40,626 nt of DNA from the NCBI GenBank assembly GCA_963646785.1, contig CAVIXW010000002.1:1-40626 (forward strand). The letters run 5' to 3'. This DNA comes from Acutalibacteraceae bacterium (GTDB lineage Archaea > Thermoplasmatota > Thermoplasmata > Methanomassiliicoccales > Methanomethylophilaceae). Numbering within the stretch: position 1 is the stretch's first letter; the number at the start of each line of letters is the position of its first letter. Shown piece by piece: positions 8,186 through 16,406 of the stretch. The translations under genes were made by a program, and so were the position numbers. The notes beneath the pieces are model-generated. The model saw only the letters and a program-made list of their open reading frames with translations. It made no database searches and had not been told where the DNA came from.

Positions 8186-10282
8186 ATGCAGGAATTCTTC
8201 AATCCAAGTTCCGTAGCCATCATCGGTGCTTCTAACGATGAGACCAAACTCGGTGGAATGCTTCTCAAGAATATGATCACTGCGGGATACAATGTCGAAA
8301 AACTCTATCCCATCAACCCGAAAGGCGGACATATCCTCGGACTCAAGGCATATACCAGTGTCACCGAGGTACCCGAACATATCGATCTCGCCGTTGTCGC
8401 GGTCAAGAACGTCCTTGTGCTTCAGGCCGTGAAGGACTGTGCCGCCGCAGGCATCAAATGCATGTCGATCCTCACCGCCGGATTCAAAGAGGACAGCCCC
8501 CAGGGTGCCGAACTCGAGAATGAGGTCGCCGAGGAGGCCAAGAAATCCGGTATCCGCATCGCCGGACCCAACTGCTTCGGCGGAATGAACGTCAGGAACG
8601 GCGTCAACTACACCTTCTCGCATCTGGTACCCGCGGTCGGTAACATTTCGATCATGTCCCAGTCCGGTGCCGTAGGTTCCTCCATCCTCGATTGGACGTG
8701 TTCCAACGGTGTCGGTCTCGCCAACTTCATCACCTTCGGTAACAAATGCGACGTCGACGAAGCCGAAATCATCAAATATTATTCGGAAGACCCCAACACC
8801 AAGGTCATCGGGATCTATTCCGAGGGTTTCAACGACGGCGAGAAATTCATCAAAGCCGTTCAGGAGATGCCCATTGACAAACCCATCGTCATGTTCAAGT
8901 CCGGCAAGACCGTCGCCGGTTCCAGGGCGGCTTCTTCGCACACCGGGTCCATCGCTGGTTCCGATGCCGTGAACAACGTCGTTCTCAAGAAGCTCAACAT
9001 CCACAGGGCCATGGACCTCGACGAGTTCTTCGACGCACTGCTTGTGTTCTCCACCTGCAGCCCCATGAAGAAGAGCGAACTCGCCATCATCACCAATGCG
9101 GGCGGTCTCGGCGTCATGTCCGCCGATGCGGCATACAACGCCACCTACTGCCACGCGGCCCAGCTCGCACCCGAGACGATCGCGGCCATCAAAGAGGGCC
9201 TTCCCAAGGTTGCAGGCATCACCAACCCCATCGACATCCGCGGAGATGCATACGCCACGGATTTCGAGATCGCCATCCGCAAGGTCATCAAAGATCCCTC
9301 CGTCGGAGGTCTCGTGGTCATGGGTTCGCCGCTCGATACCGCAGATCTTACGGCCGTCGCCAAGCTTCTCGTCAGGATCATGGACGAGATCCCCTGTGCA
9401 AGCGCTGTCTGCTTCGCAGGCGGAAAGAAGTGCGAGGAGGCCATCGAGATCCTCAGGCAGGGCAAGTTCCCCGCGTACCCCACTCCCGACAGAGCCGTCC
9501 GCGCCCTCGACATCCTGAGGTCCTACTGCATCGGAAAAGAGAAGAAGAAGACCGCACTCGCGATGCCCAAGAAATCCGGGCGCGACGTCGTCAAGAAACT
9601 TATCGAGACCGCCTCCAAAGAGGGACGCAACACGCTCACCGAGGCCGAAGGAAAGCAGATGTTCGAGGCCTACGGAATACCCGTGCCCGGTGCCGCCGTC
9701 GTAAAATCCGCCGCAGAGGCCGCCTCCTCCGCCGACAAGATCGGATATCCCGTCGTCATGAAGATCGTATCTCCCGACATCCAGCATAAAACCGATGTCG
9801 GCGGCGTCGTGGTCGGGGTCAAGAGCTCCGAAGAGGCCAAGAAAGCTTACGAGAACATTCTCAGCAACGTCTCCAAGAACGCACCGAAAGCGGCCGTCGT
9901 CGGCGTATCCGTCGAGCAGATGCTCAACGGCCCCGAGGTCATCCTTTCCATGATGAAGGACAAGCAGTTCGGCCCCGTCGTGTCGTTCGGTCTCGGAGGT
10001 ATCTACGTCGAGATCCTCAGGGAGATCTCCCAGAGGCACATCCCTCTGACCGAAGAGGAGCTGGACGAGATGATCACCTCCACGAAAGCGTTCAAACTCC
10101 TGTCCGGAGCACGCGGACTGCCCAAGTGCGACATCGACGCCATCAAGGACGTGATCAGGAAGATCGTCCTCATCACCGTCGAGAATCCCGAGATCGAAGA
10201 GCTCGAGATCAACCCCATCATCGCCGGCAAAGAAGGCCAGGGGTGCTGGGCCGTCGACTGTCTCTGCGTCCTCAACCACTGA
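8186..10282 (+). CDS. acd: Acetate--CoA ligase (ADP-forming), fused alpha/beta
   Basis: FFNPSSVAIIGAS, GPNCFG, SQSG, phospho-His motif AASSHTGSIAG, TNAGG, and an ATP-grasp with GYPVVMKIVSPDIQHKTDVGGV and ELEINP. Confidence 0.93.
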   Translation: MQEFFNPSSVAIIGASNDETKLGGMLLKNMITAGYNVEKLYPINPKGGHILGLKAYTSVTEVPEHIDLAVVAVKNVLVLQAVKDCAAAGIKCMSILTAGFKEDSPQGAELENEVAEEAKKSGIRIAGPNCFGGMNVRNGVNYTFSHLVPAVGNISIMSQSGAVGSSILDWTCSNGVGLANFITFGNKCDVDEAEIIKYYSEDPNTKVIGIYSEGFNDGEKFIKAVQEMPIDKPIVMFKSGKTVAGSRAASSHTGSIAGSDAVNNVVLKKLNIHRAMDLDEFFDALLVFSTCSPMKKSELAIITNAGGLGVMSADAAYNATYCHAAQLAPETIAAIKEGLPKVAGITNPIDIRGDAYATDFEIAIRKVIKDPSVGGLVVMGSPLDTADLTAVAKLLVRIMDEIPCASAVCFAGGKKCEEAIEILRQGKFPAYPTPDRAVRALDILRSYCIGKEKKKTALAMPKKSGRDVVKKLIETASKEGRNTLTEAEGKQMFEAYGIPVPGAAVVKSAAEAASSADKIGYPVVMKIVSPDIQHKTDVGGVVVGVKSSEEAKKAYENILSNVSKNAPKAAVVGVSVEQMLNGPEVILSMMKDKQFGPVVSFGLGGIYVEILREISQRHIPLTEEELDEMITSTKAFKLLSGARGLPKCDIDAIKDVIRKIVLITVENPEIEELEINPIIAGKEGQGCWAVDCLCVLNH

Positions 10283-10384
10283 AACCCCTGCGGGGCCCCG
10301 GCCCCGCCTTATTCATTTTATAGCACGTCTTTTACCGATGACTCCCTGTCAATCTTTATAGCAATCCGCCTATACCAGCCCATT

Positions 10385-11191
10385 ATGACCTCCGAGCTTA
10401 TTTTCGTAGGATTGGGCCTGAGCGGAGTGGACGGAATGACCGTGAAGGCACTCAACGCCCTGAAGGAATGTGATAAGATATACGCCGAATTCTACACATC
10501 CTCGCTTATCGGGGCCTCCATCGAAGACCTCGAGAAAGCGGTCGGAAAACCGATCACCGTCCAATACCGTTCCCAGGTGGAGGAGGACAAGGATCTTCCT
10601 GACATCATCAAGGATGCGAAGACGATGCGTGTCGCGTTCGTTACCGCGGGGGATACCATGCTTGCCACCACCCACGTGGATCTGAGGATCCAGGCGATGT
10701 ACGAAGGGATCCCCATCAGGATGATCACCGGCGTGTCTATTTTCACCGCCGCCCCGGCCGTGTTCGGTCTTCAGCCGTATAAGTTCGGCCGTACCGTGAC
10801 CCTTCCCTTCCTGGAGCAGGGCTATCTGCCGAAATCTCCCTACGACCACATCAAGGCGAACAGGGATCTGGGTCTTCACACTCTGATACTCTTGGACATC
10901 AGGGCGGAAGAACTCCGGTACATGACCGCCAAAGATGCCATAGAGTGGCTACTCACCGGGGAAGAGAAATGGGGAGAGGGACTGATCACGGACAAGACCC
11001 TTCTCTGCGTCGTATCCCATGCCGGTGCCGACGATATGAAACTCAATGCCGGATATCCCGAAGACCTTCTCGGCAGGGACCTCGGGGCGCCCCTCCAGAG
11101 CCTGATCCTTCCCGGGAAGCTTCATTTCATGGAAGCCGAGGCGCTGGTGGATTTCGCCGGTGCGCCGAAAGAGATCCTAGAGGATGAATGA
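10385..11191 (+). CDS. dph5: Diphthine synthase
   Basis: LIFVGLGL, YAEFYTS, ATTHVDL, GLQPYKFGRTVT and GLHTLILLDI. Confidence 0.95.
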   Translation: MTSELIFVGLGLSGVDGMTVKALNALKECDKIYAEFYTSSLIGASIEDLEKAVGKPITVQYRSQVEEDKDLPDIIKDAKTMRVAFVTAGDTMLATTHVDLRIQAMYEGIPIRMITGVSIFTAAPAVFGLQPYKFGRTVTLPFLEQGYLPKSPYDHIKANRDLGLHTLILLDIRAEELRYMTAKDAIEWLLTGEEKWGEGLITDKTLLCVVSHAGADDMKLNAGYPEDLLGRDLGAPLQSLILPGKLHFMEAEALVDFAGAPKEILEDE

Positions 11192-12201
11192 TGGTCAGGT
11201 GCATCAGGGTCCCCAGGTCCGACGGCGAACCTTTTAGGAAAGGACTTCTCGAAGAGGGGCTGCTGGATCTGGAGCACCGCATACGCCGCGACGGCGAGTT
11301 CATCCTTCTGCCGTGCGTGTGCGACGAGTACCGCGGTGTGAAGGCGGTCGAAGCAGAGCTCGGCGAGCAGGCCCGCCCCAACGGGGACTACCGTTTCTAC
11401 GTCAACATCCCGGACGACCTGAAGATACTGCTGCCGAACTCCCATGATGTCGTCGGAGACATAGCCATCACCAAACTGGACGATGATCTCCTGCCTTACA
11501 GGGAAGAGATCGGAAGGGCCATGATGTCGGTCTCTCCCAACATCCGCGCGGTTTTTCTCGACGGCGGAGTAAAAGGGGAATACAGGATCCGCGAACTCGA
11601 ACGGATCGCGGGAACCGGCGGTTCGGAGACGATACACAAGGAGTTCGGCACCCGTCTGAAGACCGATCCCTCCAGGGTCTATTTCAATCCGCGTCTCGCG
11701 AACGAGCGTTCCAGGGTGGCGGCGATGGTAGAACCCGGGGAGACGATCATCGATATGTTCGCCGGGGTGGCGCCTTTCGGCTGCGTCATCTGCAGAAACG
11801 CGAAACCGGAAAAGATCTATTCGATCGATCTGAATCCCGACTGCGAGTACTATATGAACGAGAACGTGAGGCTCAACCATATCGCGAACATGGAATGCAT
11901 GATCGGGGATTCGGTGAAGCTGACCCCGGAGCTTCCCGAGGCCGATCGCGTGATAATGAACCTGCCGCAGATGGCAGATTCGTTCCTGGATACCGCTCTT
12001 TCCGCAGTGAAGGATACGGGGATCATCCACATGCACAGGATAATGGAACGTTCCGAGCTTCCGGGTTACGGGGACGAGCTGAAAAATAAAATGGCCGGGA
12101 AAGGACTGGGCATGGAGATCCTGCGGGTCTCCGAGCTCAAGACCTACTCTCCGACCATGAGCGTCTACGTTTTCGATATAGTTCCGCGCAGACCCGAATG
12201 A
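11188..12201 (+). CDS. trm5: tRNA (guanine37-N1) methyltransferase, Trm5/Met-10 family
   Basis: DVVGDIAI, VYFNPRLANER, DMFAGVAPF, DLNP and DRVIMNLP. ATGA overlap with dph5. Confidence 0.85.
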   Translation: MMVRCIRVPRSDGEPFRKGLLEEGLLDLEHRIRRDGEFILLPCVCDEYRGVKAVEAELGEQARPNGDYRFYVNIPDDLKILLPNSHDVVGDIAITKLDDDLLPYREEIGRAMMSVSPNIRAVFLDGGVKGEYRIRELERIAGTGGSETIHKEFGTRLKTDPSRVYFNPRLANERSRVAAMVEPGETIIDMFAGVAPFGCVICRNAKPEKIYSIDLNPDCEYYMNENVRLNHIANMECMIGDSVKLTPELPEADRVIMNLPQMADSFLDTALSAVKDTGIIHMHRIMERSELPGYGDELKNKMAGKGLGMEILRVSELKTYSPTMSVYVFDIVPRRPE

Positions 12202-12209
12202 CCGAAAGG

Positions 12210-12695
12210 TCACTCTTTGGGTTTCAGGGTGACGCCCGTCTGTCCCTGATAGTGGCCGCTTCTTTTGGCGTAACTCTTTTCGGACGCGGAGGTCATGGTC
12301 TGGAACACGAGCTGGCAATATCTTTCCCCGATGGGGATCTCCAGTTCGGAATCGGAACTGTTGTACGAACCGAGGGTCAGCGTGCCTTCGAAACCGGCAT
12401 CGACCATGCCGAATGCGGCGATGGTGCCTTTTCTGATCCAGGTGGTGCGCAGCCAGAGGTTGCCGCATACGTCGTCGCCCATTCTGACCCGTTCGACGGT
12501 GGAAACGAAGAACATGGTCTTCGGAGGGATCTTTACAACTCCTGCGTCCTTCCCGTAAACGGTGCCGTTCACCGAGATCTCGGCGACCCGGAGGTCGTAT
12601 CCGTTGGGGGTGAGTCCCCTCTCGCTGAAGTCTGATATGCCGATGCGTCCGTTTTCCATGCCGTACAAAATGTCTCTGTCTGAGAGGACTGCCAT
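12210..12695 (-). CDS. dcd: dCTP deaminase (trimeric dUTPase/Dcd family)
   Basis: MAVLSDRDI, PNGYDLRV, GMVDAGFEGTLTL, QLVF and YQGQ. Start moved to ATG 12695. Confidence 0.85.
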   Translation of the reverse strand: MAVLSDRDILYGMENGRIGISDFSERGLTPNGYDLRVAEISVNGTVYGKDAGVVKIPPKTMFFVSTVERVRMGDDVCGNLWLRTTWIRKGTIAAFGMVDAGFEGTLTLGSYNSSDSELEIPIGERYCQLVFQTMTSASEKSYAKRSGHYQGQTGVTLKPKE

Positions 12696-12774
12696 AGCGA
12701 TATTATGCAGGTGGTGATATAATATGTTGGGGTGCGGCCGATCCGGCCGTATCGTCCTTTGCATAATCATTCCA

Positions 12775-14052
12775 TCAGATGAAACGCTGCTTCGAGGCGA
12801 TGATGTTCAGGATCCTGTCGATCAGGATCAGAGTCCCGGTAACTCCGATGGGGGGTTCCGGACATACGCAGACATATTTGGTCACCGGGGTCTCGATCTC
12901 GACGAATCCTTTCACGATCTTTCTCGTCATGCAGGATGAACCGATCGATCCGTTCGTGACGATAACGTCGGCTTCGGTGTTCAGGGCATCGTCGGAGCAG
13001 GGGATGTTGCGGGACCTTATGCGGGTCACCGTCTCCTCCTGCCATTTTTTTCCGTTGGAACAGGTTACCGCAACCGGTATCATTCCGAGGTAGGAGTACA
13101 GAAATTCAGACACCGCGGACGCGGTAGAACCGTCGCAGAACAGCGAGAAGGTACGTCCTTTCGGAAGCATATGGTACGACTCGACAAGTTCCAACGCACG
13201 GACGGCTTTCCTGCGGGCTTCGCGGATACGATCGAATGCCGGAGCGGGGTCTTTATCCAAAGCCTCGCAGACATTCGATACCCATTTCTCGATATTGTCG
13301 AATCCGACGGGGACCGGGCCTCCGACGAAACCGATACCGTATTCGGTACTGTAGAAGTCCGCTATCCTGTCGCCGTATTCGGGATATACAAGAACATTGA
13401 TCTTCGCCGAGGCGGAGTTTGCGATGTCCTCCGCGGACCACCCGGCGCCGATGGTGCAGTTGACCGTCACGCCGCAAAGACCCAGAAGATGGGAAAGCTC
13501 GTCGATCGTATCGGACCAGTTCTTATGTAGGGTGCTGATCCCGACAAGGTTGACGTCCTTCGTCTTCTCCGTGCGGAGCGGTTTTATCTTTTCCAGGATC
13601 TTCAGGACGGCGGTTTGGAATCCGTCCGCGCAGGTTCCGGAATATTCGGCATGGTCGATATGCACGGTGGGTATCTTTCCGTCTACGGATGCGATATCCT
13701 CCCCGGTGAGGGAGGCGCCCGGAGAATTGACTATCGTTATCAGCGAGGGGGACAGCGACTCAACTTTTTGGTACAGATCGAGCAGCCTGTCCTTCCCGCC
13801 GGTGACGAACCTGCCCATATCGAGATATGTACAGGGCAGACGGGGCTGGCTGAAGAAGTACCTGTCGGCGAATCTGAACATATTCCTGATCTCCGCCCTG
13901 CCGTCGCGTTCCGGATATCTGCTTTCCGATACGGATGCAGGATAGTATTTGCAGCCGGTGGGTCCGTGGATGATGCAGTATCCGTCGGATACCCCTTCGG
14001 CGGCCATCAGGGCCCCGAGGAAACTTTCGGGTCTTTCGTTCTCGAGCGACAT
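12775..14052 (-). CDS. Nitrogenase component-1-like oxidoreductase subunit (group IV Nif-like), one conserved Cys
   Basis: CIIHGPTGCKYY, RLPCTYLD, IVNSPGASLTGED, VNLVG and PVGFDNIEKW. ATG 14052 is preceded by a purine-rich tract (GAGGAGGGATGGAGAAAAG). Confidence 0.85.
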   Translation of the reverse strand: MSLENERPESFLGALMAAEGVSDGYCIIHGPTGCKYYPASVSESRYPERDGRAEIRNMFRFADRYFFSQPRLPCTYLDMGRFVTGGKDRLLDLYQKVESLSPSLITIVNSPGASLTGEDIASVDGKIPTVHIDHAEYSGTCADGFQTAVLKILEKIKPLRTEKTKDVNLVGISTLHKNWSDTIDELSHLLGLCGVTVNCTIGAGWSAEDIANSASAKINVLVYPEYGDRIADFYSTEYGIGFVGGPVPVGFDNIEKWVSNVCEALDKDPAPAFDRIREARRKAVRALELVESYHMLPKGRTFSLFCDGSTASAVSEFLYSYLGMIPVAVTCSNGKKWQEETVTRIRSRNIPCSDDALNTEADVIVTNGSIGSSCMTRKIVKGFVEIETPVTKYVCVCPEPPIGVTGTLILIDRILNIIASKQRFI

Positions 14053-16201
14053 CTTTTCTCCATCCCTCCTCTTTGGGAGCCAACGTACCTCTGATCCAGT
14101 CTTCGGCGAGCAGTCTTCCCGCGAACGGGTCGGCGGGCGGCGCACAGGGCAGGCGCGACTGGTAGATCGAGGGATCGACGTCGGCCGTTGCAGGTGTCAG
14201 AAGAACATCCGGCCTGAGACCGTTTATCTCCGACAGTTTCTCCGATATGTCCCGTTCTTCCACCGTTTCGACACGGGGGTCGGAGGATCCGTATGAAAGA
14301 TCCCTGCTGTAATCGGAACGGTGCACCAGTATCGCCTTCTGAAGCACCATCCCACACCTATCGACGGTTTCGAGGATCCAATCCACGTCGTCGCCCACCG
14401 TCATGATGCAGCACGTTTTGCCCTTCAGGAGGTTCCTGGGCCCCGCCATGAGCTCGGAGTAGCGGTCGGAATATTCCCTGATGACCGATTCCGCTTTATC
14501 TCCGACGTCAAAGAATCCGGCGACGCAGCGGACCCATGCGGAAAGACCGGAAATCCCTCCGCGGACAGGGGTCCGCAGGGTGGGCGTTCCGAACCTCTCT
14601 TCGAGGAACGAACAGAGCTTTTCGCTGAACCCGTCATGGTTCAATTTCAGACTGGCACAGGCATTGCCGCATTTTTCGAGATGTGCCAGATCGCAGAATC
14701 CCGGAAGAACGCAGTTTACCCCGATACCCATTTCGGAGAGTATCGAAGTGACCTGTTCCAGTTCGGACACGGAGCTGCTCGACATGGTTTTCACGCCGAC
14801 GAGATTGACCGTCATGGGCTCCGTTACCGTTCTTTTCGCATATTTTCCGATCAGAGCGGTCCCGGCATCGATGACGCCCTGCATAAAGTCTCCTGCGGCG
14901 TTGCCGTCTTCGTTCAGGACCGTGATCCTGACGCCGGGGTGTTCGGATTCCATTTCCTCTGCAACGGCAAGGACATCATCGCCTATGATCCCGGGCGGAC
15001 AGGAGGTGATGACCGCAAGGTCTCTTTTTCCTGCCGAGATCAGCCCGGAGAGTTCGGAACGAATCAAAGCGGTCCCTCCGAACACCATTTCGTTTTCCGA
15101 CATGTTCGTGCATACCACATCGGGGTCGGCGAACGTGTCCCACGCGGAATATCCTCTGGCATAAGCCCCTTTTATGCAGTTCGCATCCAGTTGTACGGTG
15201 AAATGGGCGCAGCTCTGCGGAGAATGAAGGACCGTCGTCAGTCCTTTTACGGAAGTGCATACGGAGGAGGCGCCGGAGAACGCGCATCCGTGGAGGGGGA
15301 GATCGTAGGTCAGGCCGCCTTTGTGCGGCAATGCCGGCTTCGGAACCTCCGGGAGAGTATGCCGGACGGAGGTTTCGGTCTTTTCGACCCTGACCCTTCC
15401 GAGGACCAATTTTTCCAGATCCGATTCGCCGAGATATTTCGCGCCGTATCTTTTTCCTTCAAGAACCTTATGTGCCAGATCCCGGAATATCTGTGCGATG
15501 TCGGAGTCGGGGAACAGTTCGACGACCGTCTTCCCGGCCTTTTCGGCTTCGAAGAAAAGCGGAGATCTGGGTATTTTGCAGATAACGGGGATCCCGACCG
15601 CTTCGGAGAACTGCCTGACCCTGGAATCCTCGTCCGCATCGCCTTTGCAGTTGAAGATTATGCCGCCGATACGGTCCGGATCGTAGTTGGAGGTTCCGCG
15701 CAGGATGTTGTTGGCGGCATACAGGGACATGAACTCGCCGGAGGTGACGATGTATACAGTATCCGCATAGCCTTTTCTCAGCGGTACCGCGAACCCCCCG
15801 CATACGACGTCTCCGAGAACGTCGTAGACCGTGATATCGCGGTCGATGTCGTCGGCACCGAGGGCCGAAAGGAGGTCGAAAGCGGAGATTATCCCTCTGC
15901 CGGCGCATCCGACGCCGGGTTCGGGCCCTCCCGCCTCGACACAGGTGCATCCTTTGTAGCCGGGGACCATAATGTCCTCGAGATGCCTGTTTTCCGGCGC
16001 GGTCTCCCTGAGATAATCGAGTACGGTGGTCTGAACGCCGTCGACGAGCGAAGACGTCGAATCATGTTTCGGGTCGCAACCGATCTGAAGCACTTTGCGC
16101 CCCATATCGGAAAGCGAGGCGGTGAGATTGGAGGAGACGGTCGATTTTCCGATCCCTCCCTTTCCGTAGACAGCTATTTTCCTGTCGGAGGTCCGTGGCA
16201 T
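13760..16201 (-). CDS. NifH-like Fe protein fused to a NifD/E-like component-1 domain
   Basis: N-terminal domain: YGKGGIGKST, GCDPKHDST, GGPEPGVGCAGRG, DVVCGGFA and SGEFMSLYAANNI. C-terminal domain: HGCAFSGA, HSPQSC and TSCPPGIIGDD. The likely ancestral end is ~14042; the last ~94 aa are an overlap extension. Confidence 0.9.
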   Translation of the reverse strand: MPRTSDRKIAVYGKGGIGKSTVSSNLTASLSDMGRKVLQIGCDPKHDSTSSLVDGVQTTVLDYLRETAPENRHLEDIMVPGYKGCTCVEAGGPEPGVGCAGRGIISAFDLLSALGADDIDRDITVYDVLGDVVCGGFAVPLRKGYADTVYIVTSGEFMSLYAANNILRGTSNYDPDRIGGIIFNCKGDADEDSRVRQFSEAVGIPVICKIPRSPLFFEAEKAGKTVVELFPDSDIAQIFRDLAHKVLEGKRYGAKYLGESDLEKLVLGRVRVEKTETSVRHTLPEVPKPALPHKGGLTYDLPLHGCAFSGASSVCTSVKGLTTVLHSPQSCAHFTVQLDANCIKGAYARGYSAWDTFADPDVVCTNMSENEMVFGGTALIRSELSGLISAGKRDLAVITSCPPGIIGDDVLAVAEEMESEHPGVRITVLNEDGNAAGDFMQGVIDAGTALIGKYAKRTVTEPMTVNLVGVKTMSSSSVSELEQVTSILSEMGIGVNCVLPGFCDLAHLEKCGNACASLKLNHDGFSEKLCSFLEERFGTPTLRTPVRGGISGLSAWVRCVAGFFDVGDKAESVIREYSDRYSELMAGPRNLLKGKTCCIMTVGDDVDWILETVDRCGMVLQKAILVHRSDYSRDLSYGSSDPRVETVEERDISEKLSEINGLRPDVLLTPATADVDPSIYQSRLPCAPPADPFAGRLLAEDWIRGTLAPKEEGWRKDVARERKTRKFPRGPDGRRRGIRRILHHPRTHRLQILSCIRIGKQISGTRRQGGDQEYVQIRRQVLLQPAPSALYISRYGQVRHRREGQAARSVPKS

Positions 16202-16225
16202 CAGGAATTGTTACGATAATATCAG

Positions 16226-16233
16226 AATTTAAA
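16226..16233 (-). promoter_or_regulatory. TATA box of the nif-like operon
   Basis: TTTAAATT on the minus strand, 25-32 nt upstream of ATG 16201, which is leaderless-type spacing. Confidence 0.55.
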
Positions 16234-16325
16234 GTTGCCTTCGGACTCTGCGCCTACGCATCGGTTATTTCTACCAACTATATAGTACAGTAACCTGTAA
16301 GCAATAAATACGGATAAGGATTAGT

Positions 16326-16396
16326 TAGGTTGCTGGATGAGTCTGCCAATCGGATCTTGAAAGCTCGAACAGATTCGACACAGGCAGTGCAGCCTA
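16326..16396 (+). promoter_or_regulatory. Putative structured 5' leader RNA upstream of the uptake operon
   Basis: Three nested stems (TAGGTTGC/GCAGCCTA, CTGCC/GGCAG, TCGGATCT/AGATTCGA) end 1 nt before the RBS GGTGA. Confidence 0.4.
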
Positions 16397-16406
16397 TGGT
16401 GAAATC

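Noticed and set aside
8174..10279. 701-aa antisense ORF, and similar long antisense ORFs at 14321-16219, 17085-18326, 32494-33804 and 11122-12468
   Set aside because: These are shadows of real genes caused by codon bias. They have no recognisable motifs.
12775..16201. Bona fide nitrogen fixation (nifHDK) or F430 biosynthesis (cfbCD)
   Set aside because: The partner lacks the P-cluster Cys triad, no nifENB or cfbABE genes are nearby, and the fused, heteromeric layout differs from CfbC/CfbD.
16202..16406. Canonical cobalamin riboswitch or hammerhead ribozyme
   Set aside because: No B12-box or GGGAA/GCCACTG elements are present, and CTGGATGAG does not match the CUGANGA core. The region is kept only as a novel-structure candidate.
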